A stretch of 64,000 nucleotides of DNA from Microbotryum violaceum (GCA_001244265.2 CDLV01000010.1:496001-560000); one strand, 5' to 3'. Positions 35,382-50,000 are shown, counted from the first letter of the stretch. A program made the numbers and translations. The notes: a model not told the origin generated them from the letters alone.

Positions 35382-36734
35382 TCAGCACTTGAATTTGTTG
35401 CCCGTCAACAGTTCGAACGCCTCTTCGTACTTTTGCCATGTTGCCTGCACGATATCCTCGGGGATCTCGACCCCATCCTCCTCGATGCCTCCTCCCTTGG
35501 CACCAAAACCGCCTCCACCACTTTTGAGCCATTCTCTCAAGAACTGCTTATCAAAGCCGACCATCTTGTTCCCCTCCGCCCAAGTTGATGCGGGCCAAAA
35601 GCGAGACGAATCCGGTGTGAGGCATTCGTCGACAAGCATCAACGTGCGTCGTCCTGTTGGATCATCGGGCGAGGCCGGTAAAAGACCGAATTCAAACTTG
35701 GTGTCGGCGAGAATCAGGCCCTTGGACGCCGAGTGTTTGGCCGCGGTCTGGTAGAGCGACAGCGCGTACTCTGCCAACGGTTCCGCGTAAGAAGGGTCGA
35801 TGTGGCTTTTCACTGAAGTTCGAGAGACACGGTAAGTACCCAATGTGCTATAGGCACTGCGCAGATCACGTCGGCTCACATTGATCAGGGTGAATGTTCT
35901 CGTCCTTGTCGCCGACCTCAGCTTTGGTGCTCGGCGTGAACAAGGGCGGATCCAGACGCGTCGACTCTTTGAGGCCTCTGGGCAGTTCCATGCCGTGCAT
36001 CGTCCCCGATGTTTGGTACTCGGCCCATGCGGAACCTGTTCCTCGAAAGGCACACGTGATCAGGAGCTAGTTTGTCGTTCAAGAAGGCTCGCGCTGACGA
36101 AGCAGCAGAGAATCTTCCCGCCTTTGCCGCTGCCAAGAAGAAACGTAGGAACCGACCTGTAATATACCCACGAACGATAGCTTCCACAGGCAGGATCTCG
36201 GCCTTGCGAACCCAGATCGATCGCCCCTCGAGCTGATCGGCGTATTCCTGTACCTCTTTGGGCATCTCGCTCAACTTCGAGGTGATGACGTGGTTCGGGA
36301 TGTGTTTTGTCTTGGGTGAGGTGGCCAAGAGGTTGAAGAAGAAGAGGGAAAGGGCGGTGAGTAGCTTTCCCTTGTTGGGAATACCCTGTGGTCGTACATA
36401 GCAAGCATAGGTTCAGCTCGACCTACGCGGAGAAGACTGGGGTCCTTTTCATAGCGTGCGCACGTCCTCAGAGGGGGATAGCGTCCAAAGTTAGACTCAC
36501 GTTCTTCATAATAACGTCGAAAGCAGACACTCGATCGGTGGCGACAAAGAGCAATGCCTCGTCATGGCCGGGCACGCGTAAGATGTCGCGCACTTTGCCC
36601 CGAGCGATCAACTCGAGCGAAGGACATTCCGTCTTCAGCAGAGCCAGATTAGTCACTGGGAGAGGGGCCAGAGTGATTATCAGGAATACTACGATGGAGT
36701 CGGCATGAGCCCGGAGGCCGAGGTGGGGCTCACT
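35382..36734 (-). CDS. ADE1: SAICAR synthetase, spliced
   Basis: [73 protein letters not shown]. Confidence 0.96.
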
Positions 36735-36974
36735 CTCGATGTTACGCAATCGAACTGTGTGCGAAACGCGGGTGAAATGGAACCAAACTCCGTCGCGGTC
36801 CCGTCTTGACTCGGAAACCCGTCGCTCCAGTCTGCTCCAGTTCGCTCTTGTCCAAACGTCGATTTAGTTTTGGCATCTTATCGAAACCCGGCCCTTCAAT
36901 TCGTTCATGCAAGGACTATCTCCATATTGCAACACAAGAAATCCCAAAACGTTTCTTGCACAGCACACCAGAGG

Positions 36975-39900
36975 CTAAGTACCAAACTCGCCACTCTTGG
37001 CCCAGGCCTGCACCAACCCTTGCGAAAGATCCTGCCACGTCCTCTCGACCGCGATCAACTCCCCACTTGTCACGAAATCGAACAGAACCAAAGGCTGATA
37101 CTTCCTCGTCGTTCGAATATCCAGCTTGGGTGCATCGTCAGTGTCGCCACCGCCCATGGCTCCGGAAGCGACATCTTCTTCCCTCGCCCGTTTCTTGTCG
37201 ACTTCGCGACGTTGGGTAGTCTTCTTCCCTGGTGCGTTGGTGCCTTTGCTCAGAGCGTCGAAATCGATAGTACCGACCCAATTCGCACCCCATGCCAGAC
37301 CGAGTTGTTCGTTCTGGTGCATCGTCACGCGTCGAGAAGGGTGCACCTTGTTGGCCATGGAGGATGAGAGGTCCGTCGCTTCTGAACGAGGCTCGAAAGT
37401 TAAGCCTAGGATCGGTTCGCGGAGATCCGTCAATGTGTTGGCAGAGAGCTGAGACAAGGGCAAAGCCCAACGATGGAATGTGAGTGATTTAAGGTCAAAG
37501 ACCGACATTGAGTTGGTCGGCAAAGCTATGACGAGCGACGCTGACGAGGGGATGAAGGCCAACGCGCTCGGCACGTGAGTCGGCGTCGGTAAGGTCGTAT
37601 GGTGCTTTAGGTTCTCGAGATCAAAGACGCAGACCTTGCGTTCGAGGTCGGCACTCGCGAGCCATTTGCCATCCTGTGAAATAGACAGGCACACGACCAT
37701 GGCAGGTCGATCGCTGCTGTTGGCACGACTGCTCCTCTCCTCGGCACCATCTGCCGAATCCGAATCCGAATCCGAGCCAGAGTCAGAGTGGGAGGCCCCA
37801 TTAATGCCGTTGACGCCATTCGGCATCGCTCGGATCTCTCGACCACCTCGGTGCTCGTTGTGTTGCCCAAAGACTTTGCTGACGTAGAAGCTCTTCTCCC
37901 GGTCCATCGGCAACTCGACAATGGCGATCGAAGACCCAAATGAAGACGCCAAAACGAGTCGGCCCGAGTTGGCGGTGAACGCTAGCTGCGCCGATCCCGT
38001 CCCGAGTGAAGTCGGCAAAGCGTCCGAAAGAGCGGTCGAGAACAATTTTTGTCGACGCGGCGAAAGGTCACCGTTACGCAGCTCCAAGCGGAACAATTTG
38101 GTCTCGTATAGGTCCGAGACGGCGAGCCATCGACCGTCGGGTGAGATGGTGCTCGCGATCAAGTTGGTGTGCAACTTGAGTTCAAGTTCGGCCGCTTTGG
38201 CCCAGCCGGTCATACCTTCCTCGTCATCGTCCAGCTCTTCTTGCACTCCATCGAGGTGATCCTGCCGAGCCTTCCACCCGCTCCTTCCTTGTGTGCTACC
38301 ACGCTGCAACTTTGGATCGTCGAGCTTCCAGATCGCCACACCTCGGTCGCGCTGACAGATGAGCCATCGGGCCTCGCCTTGACCGGCAACGGTGAAAGGC
38401 TTGGAGCGTTGGGGCACGTAAGCGGCGCGACGATGCACAGTCGTCTCGTATTCGATCGAGCGGTGGTCCGAAATGGGGTTGGTGAGAGAACGAGCCGATT
38501 TGAATGCTCGTACGGGCACGGGGGAGACACAGACAGTAATCAGGGAGAGATCGAGGCCACCCGAGGTCAGGATGGGGACTTGGGCAAATCGCGGCGAGGT
38601 CGGAGGAGGGGAGGGAAGAGCAAGGGTGTACGGCGGCGAAATGACCATGGCTCGCACGTCGTGGGAATGCAATCGTCGACCGGAAGCTTGGATCCATCGT
38701 CGAGATGCGGTGCTGTTTGATCGGCTGGACGAGATCGTCACGAGGCGGAACTCGACCGTCTTTTGATCGACGCCCGACGTAAAGACTGAAGTCCCGTCCG
38801 CTCCGATTGCCAGGGCGAGCACGTCAGCCTTGTGGGTCTTGAAGCTCTGGGTCTGCGTGCCCATCTCGGCATCCCAGAATTTGACGTTCCCCATCGAGTC
38901 ACCGGAAACGATCGTGCCGTCCTGCAAAGCCGAGATGGCCCACACGACGGTGTGCTCGCCGCGCAGCTGGTCGAGGGTCATGCGATGCACGCTGCGCCAG
39001 AGTCCTGCGACGGCTCCAGAGGCGGGCGCATCGAAGCGACGGATCGTCGAGTTTGAGCAACCGGCGACGACATAGCTTTCTCTAGGGGTTGCGAAGTGCT
39101 GAGGAAGGGCTGAGGCTATCGAAGGTGATTCATCTAGACAGGAAGAGTTTGTGTGAGCCCGCAGGCCAAAATGAGAGAAATTTCACAGTAGACTCCGATA
39201 ACGCACCTCGTTCCTTTCCCTTGTCCGAGGAGTTTGAGGTCGCGTCGGCCGCCGGCTTGAGAGGACCCCATGCGAGGGACAGCGGTCGAACCTTGCCTGG
39301 CCCTCCGATCTCGATCTTGGAGACCAGCTCGAGCTCATTATCGAGAATGTTGAGGATCCGGATCGTCGAATCTTCGCATCCGATGGCGAGATTGGCCGAA
39401 GATCGAGATGCAGCCAGGGCAAAGATGGGTGGCAGAGTCGGGAGAGTCGACTGAGAGGGGTGGCAAGAGACCGGATCAGCTCGGCCCGATCAGTGAAGGA
39501 ATAGCATCATGACCAACCTTTATCCTCCCAACCTCTTTGGGAGCGCCTGGTCCTCCCCACTCCCACTCCACAAGCTCACTGCCTACTCCGCCGACGCCAA
39601 AGAGCCTGAGCCCTTCGCGCTGCAACCTGCGAAGTTCCCTCTGCGCGCCTTCGAGATCGCCGTCGTAGAGCTCGATATCGGAGGGCGACAGCGTCGTTTG
39701 GTGGGTGAAGACGAGATGTGAGAGAAGCGTGCTTGGCTTTTTCGAGTTGCGCGTCTGAGGCATCGGGAAAGAGCAAGGCAATGTCTGCGAAGTGGGACGG
39801 AGTAGCCCCGCAGGAGTGGGACAGAGTAGCCCAGCAGGAGCAGCGGCAAGAAGGAGCGGCGGGAAAGATACGAGTGTCAGCTACGAGAATCGTTCGCAAA

Positions 39901-40260
39901 CACACTAATTCGTTATGGACCCACTCTGTAGGCCACCCATCCCTGATGACCGCCCCAGAGCATCAACTCGACATCGCCATTGCTGCGCCCGACGGCGATC
40001 ATCCCCCTCTCGCCACTGACGCCGCCATAGCCCAACACCGACGTATCGAACGAAGAAGGGGTGATGGCCAACGCATGGATCGCTCCCGGTGCCCAGTCGG
40101 GGAATCGACAGCGATGGGTCAATACTCGACGCGCCTTGGCTCGCGGACGAGTCGATGACGCCCCGGATTGCGAAGCTGGCGCGGACATCCTGTTAGCCAG
40201 CATGTGGGCCTCGTCGTGGGGAAGCGCAACATCATCGACTTCCATTCGGTCGCCGTTCAT
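36975..40260 (-). CDS. UTP4: U3 snoRNA-associated WD40 protein Utp4/cirhin, spliced
   Basis: HRCRFPDWAPGAIHALA; AVGRSNGDVE; IVSGDSMGNVKFWD; HKADVLAL; RRLHSHDVRAM; KYQPLV..ELIAVER. Confidence 0.92.
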
Positions 40261-40668
40261 GGCTGTGCTCAGTCGTCCGTGGTCGGTGATCGGAGACAGA
40301 TCGCGGGCGTGAGTCGAGTGGGGACAGAGGAAGAATGGCCCAAACCCTTCGCTGCGAAGCTCGCCAGCCTACTGCCAGCCTCGACCCTCTTCCACCAACT
40401 CGCTCCAACTTGCTCACGGCAGCGCGCGCAGGCCGACCGCCGAGTAGTAGTCGCCCGATTCAGAGGCATATGCAGGCTCAGCCAACGGCACGTATAGTGC
40501 ACATCCCACTCAATCAAAAACACTCTTTTTCCGATCAAAAAGTGGGATACGAATTGCAGTGCATGACTTGGATGTCGAAACACCAGGCGTTCGAGAGAGG
40601 ACGGACCGAAAAGGCGGCCATCCTATTTGGGTAGAAGAAGCCAAAACGAACAGAAAGAACTGGTACGA

Positions 40669-43600
40669 TCAGGCAAACACAGAGTGGAACTTCTCGTTGA
40701 ACGCAACGTGCAGATGCGTCACAGCGCGGTACAGGCGCCAATCAGCTGCAAAATGGGTCAAAGAAACGACGAGATGAGCACCTGGCTTCAACCAACCGAG
40801 CACAGAGGGATACGAACTCACCATCACTGACGCCAGCCGGTCTGGTAATCTCAGCCTCGGAAGATTGTCCCTCTTCTTCACCAGCAGTGGTCGTGGTCGT
40901 TGCGTTCGAGCGGCCCTTCCATTCGAAGCCTCCGTTGTCGTCGTCCGAGTCGGCCCCATCGTCATCGGTCGCGACCGACGATCGCTGCAACAGCGTCTCG
41001 ATCGTCGTCTTGACAGTCGTCAAAGCGGTATCAAAGTCCTTTAAAGCATACCACACGAACGACCTCGAAATACCATTGTCGCGCACGAGCACGTCGAGCG
41101 ATCCGTGGCGGAAGAAATCGACCGCGTAAGCATCGAGTTGGTGCTCGGTGCTATCGAGCATCGCCGAAGCCAGAGCCGGGACTGCGTTTCTTTGCAGACT
41201 GACGCCGGCTCGGACGGTGCCAGACAGCTCCTCGATCGAGTCATAAACATCCCCATGTCCCGAAAGAGCCGTAAAGGCCGAGCGACTCTCGAAGGGGATC
41301 TTGCTCTGTCGCAGTTTGGACGCGAACAGGCCATCGGCGCTCGGATCCGTCGGCACGATTTGTCGACCCGAAACGGGCAACTTGTCATCCGCACCCAGCT
41401 CGTTCGAGTGCTGCTCCGAGTACTCCTTGGCGTAGGTCGAGAAGATGGTAACGATCGCGTCGTGGTGGTTCTGCAGCACCGCGGCGATGCGCTTGGGTAA
41501 GGGCGGCAAAGCCATGAGCGATGACGAGTTGCGGGCCCCCGAGCGCATCGCCCGGGGATCGATGCGACGGCGGTAGATGGGTGCAAAGATGTGGGCTAAA
41601 ACGAGTAGGAGCTCACGAGCGGTGTTGTCGGGGTCGGTTTCGAACGTGTCCGTGATGCGGTGGAGCTCGCCCGAGCGCAGCAGGGCCACAAAGGCAAAGT
41701 TCGACGGTTCATCCGCGTACAAGCCCGAAGCGATGCCGTACATGAGCAAAGGACGGCCCGTCTCGTCGATGAGGCCCGCGCGTCGAAGATACTCGTCGGC
41801 GAAGCGAGTAAAGTGCCGGACGTGGGACCTGCCGTCGGTCTTGTCGCTGACCGAAAGGCGCGGGATGGTCAAGAGCGTGTCGAGGCTCTGAGTCGGCAGC
41901 GGAGCGTAATCCGAGCCCCATAGGAGGTTGTGGAGACGCAGGACTAAGGTCGTCGTCAGCGGGAACGTGCCAGCGAGCTTGGGCAACTTGGATAGTAACA
42001 AGCGCTCGATGCGATCCAAAGTGATGCCAACAAAGAGTACTTCTCCGAGCGTGTCGAAACCACGACGTCCAGCTCGTCCGGAGCACTGTCGGAACGTTAG
42101 CGCGTTGAGGAAGACCGAGTCGCCACCAAAGATTGCGGTGCGCGCCGGAGCATTGATACCGAGCGCAAGTGACTCTGTCGAAATGACTACGCGCAAAACA
42201 CCGCGGCGATACAAGTTTTCGACCAACACCCGGTAGCGACGCGTCAGACCCGTGTGATGGATGCCGACACCCCGACGGAGAGCATTCATCATCCACGAGG
42301 GTAGGTCTAGCCATGCAAGACTGTCGATCTCGCGTTTGAACTGTTAAACACCACCATGCGCACGTCTCATGAGCACAAGCAAGTCGAATGTTGGCTCATC
42401 TGGCGATTACCAACTCACCTCGACCTGGGAGATTCCTTTGCCGACGAACGAGAACTCCTCGCTCGGTGCGTCGGGGTCGAACTGGTTCTGCGACTCCGTG
42501 TCGGCAGCCTCACGCTCGTTGTCTTCGTCCTTCTTGTTCCTCGATGCCGCTTCGACAGCCTTGGCCTTCTTCGCCGCCATCTTCTCATCTTCCTTAGCTT
42601 TGGCGACGCGCAACTTGTACGTCGGCGAGCTCTGACGCCATTTCGTCTCGGCGGCCTCGAGGTCTTCCAGGATCTTGCGTCCAATTCTCTCGACCGTGTC
42701 ACGACTGAAGGAGAAGATGATTGCTGGTAACGAGCCTTGGGCGTTCAAGTCCGCCAGCATCGGCAAGAACAAGCTAGGAAGGAAGTCCTCGTCTTCTTCG
42801 TGCTCAGCAATCTCTTGCTCGGCCTCGTCGGTAGCGGCTCGCAAAGGTGATTCGATCGCGAAGATGAGCTTCTGGAACGGCGAGTCAGGGTCGTTTGAGT
42901 CGGGGGCTTCGCGCCACGAGACAAGGACTTTTTTGAGCTCCTTTTCGTAAGAGATGACATCACGAATGGCTATCGAGGGCGTCTTGGCGAAGAATTTGTT
43001 GGGCTCGAGTCCCGGATCGAGTTGCGCGACCTTGGTCATCGCTTGCCACAGGGACAAGGTGTCGCGAGGCTCGAGAGCGAGGTCTTCGGGTAAGTTGGGA
43101 TTTCCCAGCGCAAGAGCGGCGATCGGGTGAATCGGGACGAAGGTGTCGGCCTTGACTTTGTGGTCGTTGAGAGGGCTGATCGACTTGAGCGGAAACTTGG
43201 GCGCGAACGTGAACTTACGGAGCGCGTTAAATCGATGCTGGTGCTGCACGAGCGAGTAGCTCCTGCCGCAAGCCGTCTCGACCGATTCGAGCCAAGCCGA
43301 GAAACGTTCTGGAGCTCCGACCGTCGCGGAGAGACCGATGATCGGCCCCGGGTTCATCAGAAGCACTTGCTCCCACATTCCACCTTCCTCGCCGGCGATG
43401 GCGTGGATCTCATCGACGATGACACGTCGGATGCGAGGTGTCCACACTCGGGCCAGAGCCGGGTTGAGCAGCATCTCAGAGAAGACGTGGGGGACCGTGA
43501 CTAGGATCTGACAATTCTGTGGGTTGTTGATTCGGTAATCACCCGTGTGGATGGCCCACATGGACGATCCCGCGACTTCCTTGGAGAAACGGGCAAAGGT

Positions 43601-46600
43601 CTCGGCGGCGACTTGGTTGACCAAAGCTTTCGAAGGCGCGACGTAAACGCACACTCCGTCATCTGATTCGCGCAAGACGCGCTCCATTGCTGCGAACGAG
43701 ATGAACGTCTTTCCACTCGACGTCGGTGCGATGATCAAGATGGATTCGTCAGCATCAATCTTGTCGAGCACATCTCGTTGCCATGCGTCGGGGTTGAAGT
43801 TGACACTGTCGTGGGATGTAGGCGTCGGTAAGCCAGAATATGAGACCAAAGGGCTCTCTTTAAGCACTTACCGTGGATCAGGTCGGCTATCGAGCTCCCT
43901 CCTCATGAACTCGCCCATGCACCTCAGCTGCCACTCGAGAGGATCCTCCTCGATCTTCATAAAGTCAAAGTCGCTGCTCTTCTTGATGCAGAACGAGAAC
44001 GATAGCCTGGCACCCTTGTCCTCCTTGTCCTCCTTCCCAGCCTTGCCGCTACTGCCCGACTTCTTCTTCGCATCTTCCTTCTTGTCCTTGGCGCCCGCTG
44101 TGGCGCCCTTCTTGCCACCTTTGGCAGCTGGAGCGGCCGCTTCGAGTGCCTTCTCGACAGCAGCGCCGAACTGGATCCCTTCAGGCACCATGCAACCGAG
44201 TCCCATGACCTGCAACGTGGTCGTTAGGGCTTTACCCTGTCGCTCGTTGATCGTAGCAGAGCCTTCGACCGCTCGTTCGAGCAATGGTGTGACCGTCTTG
44301 GCGATGAATACACGGTATTCATCAGCATTTTTGGGTTCGCTGCGCCTCTCGTCGGCGATCCACTTGCGTAGTTCGAGATCGACTCGCTTGAGCACCATCT
44401 CAGTCCCCAACCACCGGTCCGAAGCACGTCGATTTTTGAGATACCCCACAAGCAAGGCAATTTGGGCTGTCGTGTTGAGGGGCTTCATCTGCTCCAGACG
44501 CTCGTTCCACCACAGCGCATTCTGCACACCTTCCTCGAGTTGCTTCTTTGCCGCGTTCTCGGCTAGCAGCTTCTCCTTCGACGTCAGGGGTTTGGCAGCA
44601 GGCGCTTTCTTCGACGCCGAGGGGTTTCTCGAGGCCTGATTCGCGGATGGCTTGGCGAGAGATCGGTCCTTGGCCCTCTTACCGACTGCAGGAATCGCTT
44701 CCCGCTTGAGTTGGGCACCCAAAGCTCCAGTCAGCGACGCGGCAGACTTTTGCATCGCCGCCATGAAATTTTGGTTCTTTCGATCGCGCTTCTTCTTTTG
44801 TCGGGCGTCGAGGACGGGAGGTGCAGCGCCGCCGAGATGGGTCAGAAGCACCGGCTTTGGGTTTTCCCAAAAGGCCGTGTCGTCGAATGCCGAGTCGGGG
44901 TCAAGCTTGTGCGCGATCGAGGCGGGTGACTTGGCATCAGATTCCGAGACGTGGACTGAGGTGAAGTGCTTGTCGAACGAAGGGTTCGAGTAAGGTAGCA
45001 ATTTTGTCGTCTTGGCCTCTTTGAGAGGAGGAAGCTCCGTCGACTCGTTCGAAAACTTGGAGCGAAGCCGTGCGAGGTCAACTCCGGATTGCCCGAGGCG
45101 TGACCATAACGTCTCCGTGTCGGCAGCGACCTTGGGACCGAGGAGATCCGAGACCTCGCTGGTCGAAGTCAGGACCTCAATCAATAGAGAGAGAAACAAG
45201 CGTCCATCAACGTCAAACGAGCTCAGAGAATCGTCGAGCGGGATGCGCTGCACTGCGCCTGCCAGTGCGGCAAAGAGGGTACCATAAAAGGACGAGATCG
45301 TGCTCGCCAAGTCAGTGGAAGGCGTCGGAATGCGCTGAGCCCGAGCTTCGAGTGAAATCGTCTGAATCACGTAGCAATGAGCAACAAAGACGTAGAGCAA
45401 CGCCTTGGTGATCGGATCGTCATGGACGAGCACCGCTTTTGCGGCCGAAGCAAGAATGTCTGCCGTCGTCGAGGAAGAAGGCAGCTCGACTTGGGCAGGC
45501 GCAGGGGTAGCCTCGATGAGCCTCGAGTACGATTCCTCAGCGGCTCGCAGGAGGGAGATGCTGAGGTGCTGGCCCGCGCCGGAACGGTAGAGGAAGGACA
45601 TGATTTTAGAGTCTTGGAAGAGGGCGGTTTGCAGCTGAAAGACAGGGATCTGCTGCTGGATGACGGTGTAGATGAAGGAGCGCTGGATCAAGATGCGCTC
45701 GTATTCGAGAGGGGCGAGGGGTTGTCGAACGAGCCCTCCGTCGTACGAAAGCATGAACATGGGCTGTTTGAGCAAAAAAGATGGAATCAGCATGGAATCT
45801 AAAGGCATAATGGGGACTGTGAAGGGACAGGAACGAACCCTCTTGTGGTGATACCACTGCAGCCAGTCGTCCCCGAGCAGACTAGCAAACTCAAAGACCT
45901 CGACTTCGGGTACTCTGGCTCGCCGTTTGAGCACCTGGCGAGCGAACCTTCTCGCCTCGACCAAGCCTTGGTCAGGATGCCCCGTGTAGAGCGAAGCATG
46001 AGCTTGCGACTCGAAGAAGACGATGTCGAAGGCGCAGTCGCGCTGGTGGAGCTCCTGAAGGGTGTGCTCGAGCAGCCAGGTCGCGTGGAGCAGTTGATGC
46101 GACGGATCGGAAGCTCGTCCCAGTTTAAGCAAGGGTTGGTCAAAGACGTACTGCAGCAGTGCGTCTCCTGTAGACGACAGAAAATCGCCAAACGGGTTAA
46201 GGCAAGTCCTACACCAAGTGGGCGCAGCACAGAAATGCACTCACCCTCAATCACAAAGTGCTCTTGTCCCGCGTACGTCACCAGATCCCAGAATCCGGGT
46301 CTGAGCGTCGAGAGCCAGTCGCTGCACGTGATGGGATCAAGAGTAGGGCAGATTAACCATGAGTTAGTTGCTTGGTCGTCGGAACCGGGCAGCGTGTTCG
46401 GCCGTGGGCCTGGGCCGCTTGGACCGCTGTGTCACCACCGACGTGCGGAGGAGGAGCCTCATCTTGTGGTGGAGGTGAGGTGCGAAGTGGAGCCACTGAC
46501 CTGTCAAGTTCGAGCAGCGCATCCTTCGCGGTGAGCGCGCGACGAGGCATGGTCGACTCGTCCTCGTTCTGCGGTGGTGTTGCTGATGGTGCGACGGAGG

Positions 46601-46610
46601 AGTCGGACAT
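40669..46610 (-). CDS. DDX60-like Ski2-family DExH RNA helicase, spliced
   Basis: FNPDAWQRDVLD..APTSSGKTFISF..VYVAPSKALVNQ; DEIH; LSAT; RGVGIHHTGL; LALGINAP; QCSGRAGRRGFD; N-terminal YAGQEHFVIEGDALL block. Confidence 0.88.
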
Positions 46611-47082
46611 GGCTCGTTGATCCATACCGACTGAGTTTCGGGCAATTGAGGAGAGAGGAGACCCCATCTCCTGAGTGAGTGATGACGCCGGCGCGCGCAC
46701 GAGCTCTCATGAGCTGGGGAAAAAGCTCGGACCTCTCGAGACACCTCGTTGCACTCTGTCGCGTTGAACGCGTCCTTTCGGCTGGCCCGGATTTTGAAGT
46801 TGTAAGCCATGAAGACCAGCTAGTCGTGCTCAAAGACAAAGTCCATGTCCGCTGGAACACCAAATCGTATCCCATATATCATATATGATATCCCATATTG
46901 CATAAAGGACGGTCACCGCCTCACACTCCCAGTGCACTCCCGCTGTGACGGATCAGGTAGGGCGCCTCAGCCGTGCTCGGCTCTCCTTTTCTTTGTGCAA
47001 CTTGCTCCTATCGCACCTGTAGAAGGTGGTCAATCTGGGACCTTCGAGTCCTGCACAGTAGAGGATATATCGGTACACCGGC

Positions 47083-50000
47083 ATGGACCGAGTACGAGAC
47101 TGGCAGACCACCATCGAGGATGTTGCTCGAACTGATGCATCAGGGTCGTCCACCTCGGGTGAGTTACTGCTGCTGCTCCCGTCGTACGACAAAGCACGGA
47201 CTCGCTCCTACCCGATCGAAGGTGGAAGCTCACACCCAACACACTCCCAGCAAGCTCAATATCGTCTGCAGTTGCAATATCGTCCACAACTGCGTCTCTA
47301 GCAGCCGCGTCACGTAGAAATCAACCTTTCCATGCGCCGAGACCGGTTCAGTCTGCCGCAATTGACCTTACGTTGTCTTCGTCGTCGTCGTCAGCCTCGT
47401 CAGCGTCGGAGCAAGGCAGCGACGAGGGGACCTCCTCAAATGGATCATCCATCTTCGTAGCAGATCGGATACCGATTGTACATGCGCCTCGACCTCCCAC
47501 GTCCCAGCACCAGCGAATGTTGTTGCCCGCGTCCACCGCCCCTCCACGTGACCTCGCACGACCGACTCCTTCGTCTTTCGTTCGTCCATCCGTCGGTCGA
47601 CCCCTTTCTCCCCCTCCTCCTCCAGTTCCTCGGTACCAGAAACAAGATAATCATCAGCCAACTCCGGCCTATAACCACCAGCATCAGCAGCGGCCCCCAC
47701 CTCACAACGTCTTCGCTGGTCCATCCAAGTTCGCGACCAGCGTCAGCGACTTCCGAATCGCAAGGCCAGCGGTGGGAGCCAGGAACCCGGTGCTCTCAAC
47801 GAGCACAACCAACCAAAATAGAAGCAGTGTCAAGGCACGCATCATGGACTCCATCGTCGTCGATCGCCAAAAGATGGGTATACCCCTATCGGTGCCGCAA
47901 AACCTACCCTACCAACGTCCATTGCAACACCCCTCGCTATCGGATCCGGCCCGTGGTATTGATCGGGATGACTACGACTACGGCATCTTATCGGGACCGC
48001 TGCCGAATCTGAGGTTCGAAAATGGCCTCAATGGTCAAGATCAAGAAACGGCCTTGAAGGAACTCTTCACCGGCACTCCCGACAACGACTTTGAAAACCT
48101 CGATCCCAACCTCGTCGCCCCTCCGGGACTAACGATCAGCTTGCATCCTTATCAACTTCAAGGCTGCCACTGGTTGACCTCCCGTGAAGCGGGGAAGAAG
48201 CGAGGCGGAATGTTGTGTGATGGCATGGGCTTGGGCAAGACCGTGCAGATGATTGCGTTGATGCTGAGCAACCCGCCGACGGGCAAGGTCAAGAACGCTG
48301 AAGGCAAAAAGTGCAAGACGACCTTGATCGTATGCCCGCTCGCTCTCATGCAGCAGTGGAAGGACGAGATCAAGACCAAAACTAGCGTCGGTCTCACTGT
48401 TCTGATTCATCACGGTGCCGACAAGAAGAATGGTCAGTGATTGCGGGTAACTTGGCGTCCGTCCTCTGGTCGAGCCGAAGCTCATGTCAGAGTACGGTTC
48501 ACTCTGATCAGCCCGTCAACTATCACATTACGACGTCGTCATCACATCTTATAATACGCTACAAAAAGAATGGCCAAATCCAAAGAAGTTTCAATCGAGG
48601 AAGGCCAAGGGCAAGGGCAAGCAGCACAGTCTCTTACCCGAAGCCGCTTCGGACAATGAATCGGACTCGACCCAATCTGCACCGGTCGGCGGTGGGGCCT
48701 TGTTTGATGTTGAATTTTACCGCATCATTCTTGACGAGGCTCACACTATCAAGAACCGCAACACAGGCACGCATAAAAGCTGTTGTGCCCTCAGAGGGCA
48801 TTATCGGTGGTGTCTGACAGGGACACCGATTCAAAACGACTTGTATGATCTTTACGCCTTGTTCGCTTTCTTGGGCAAGATCGTCAACCCCTTGCACGAC
48901 TTCGCTGAGTTCAAGAGCAAGATTGCCGATCCCTTCAAGAACAACCAATCCAAGGTCGCTCTCACGAGGCTCGCCGTCACACGCAAGGCCATCATGTTAA
49001 GGAGGACAAAGGATTCACAGATCGATGGGAAATTGATCGTCACGTTGCCCAAGCGAGAGATCCGCGAGGTCAAGATTAACTTTCACGAAAAGTTGGTTCG
49101 CTCATCTTGCTTGGCGCTACCCTTACTAGCTGAGCACCGTTCGAACTGACCTTCGCGTCTTCCACACTTAGGGATGAGGCGGACTTCTACAAGGCCGTGG
49201 TGGAGAAAATGGAACTGCGCATGAACGCCTTCGTCGACGCCGGGACCGTCATGTCCAACTATACGAGCGTACTGACGCTCCTGCTCCGGATGCGCCAAGC
49301 GTGCTCGCATCCCGCCCTCGTGACGGGAAATAAAGTCGATGAGGCCGAGGCCATCGATATCAACGTCGATCCCAACAAAGCCACCGCGATCGGCGTCATC
49401 GACGACGAGACTGGCCTGGCGAATTTGCTCGGAGGCCTCTCGGTGGAGACTAGTACATGCGCCATGTGCCCCCGCCCCAGCAGGTCTAAAAATGATGGCT
49501 TTTGTCAGAAATGTCACGACGACTTGGCGCACTACCAGAACCTCAAATTTTCGACCAAGGTCCGACAGACAATGAGAATCCTCGAGGAGATACGAAAGGA
49601 AAACCCGTCGAGAAAAACGATTGTGTTCTCTCAGGTCGGTCGAGCGTTGTTTCTCTGCAATCCTGGATCTCTGCTGATGCTCGCAGACCCTCGTCCATCA
49701 GTTCACCACGATGTTTGATATACTCGAGCCGTTTCTCAAGATGGCCAAATTGAAATACGTTCGCTGTAAGTCCACGGTTTTGTGGTTGCGCACCAGGCCT
49801 TAATGTATGCTGACCTTCATGGACTTTTAATAGTCGACGGACGGATGAACGCGGTGCAAAAGAACGAGGCGTTGAAGACTATCCGTACCGATCCCGCAAC
49901 GACCATCATCCTGATTTCGTAGGTCCAGCAATTGTTTCGAAGTTTGGAACAACGCCCTTAATCGGCTTTCTGGCTCACAGCATCAAATGTGGCTCGGTCG

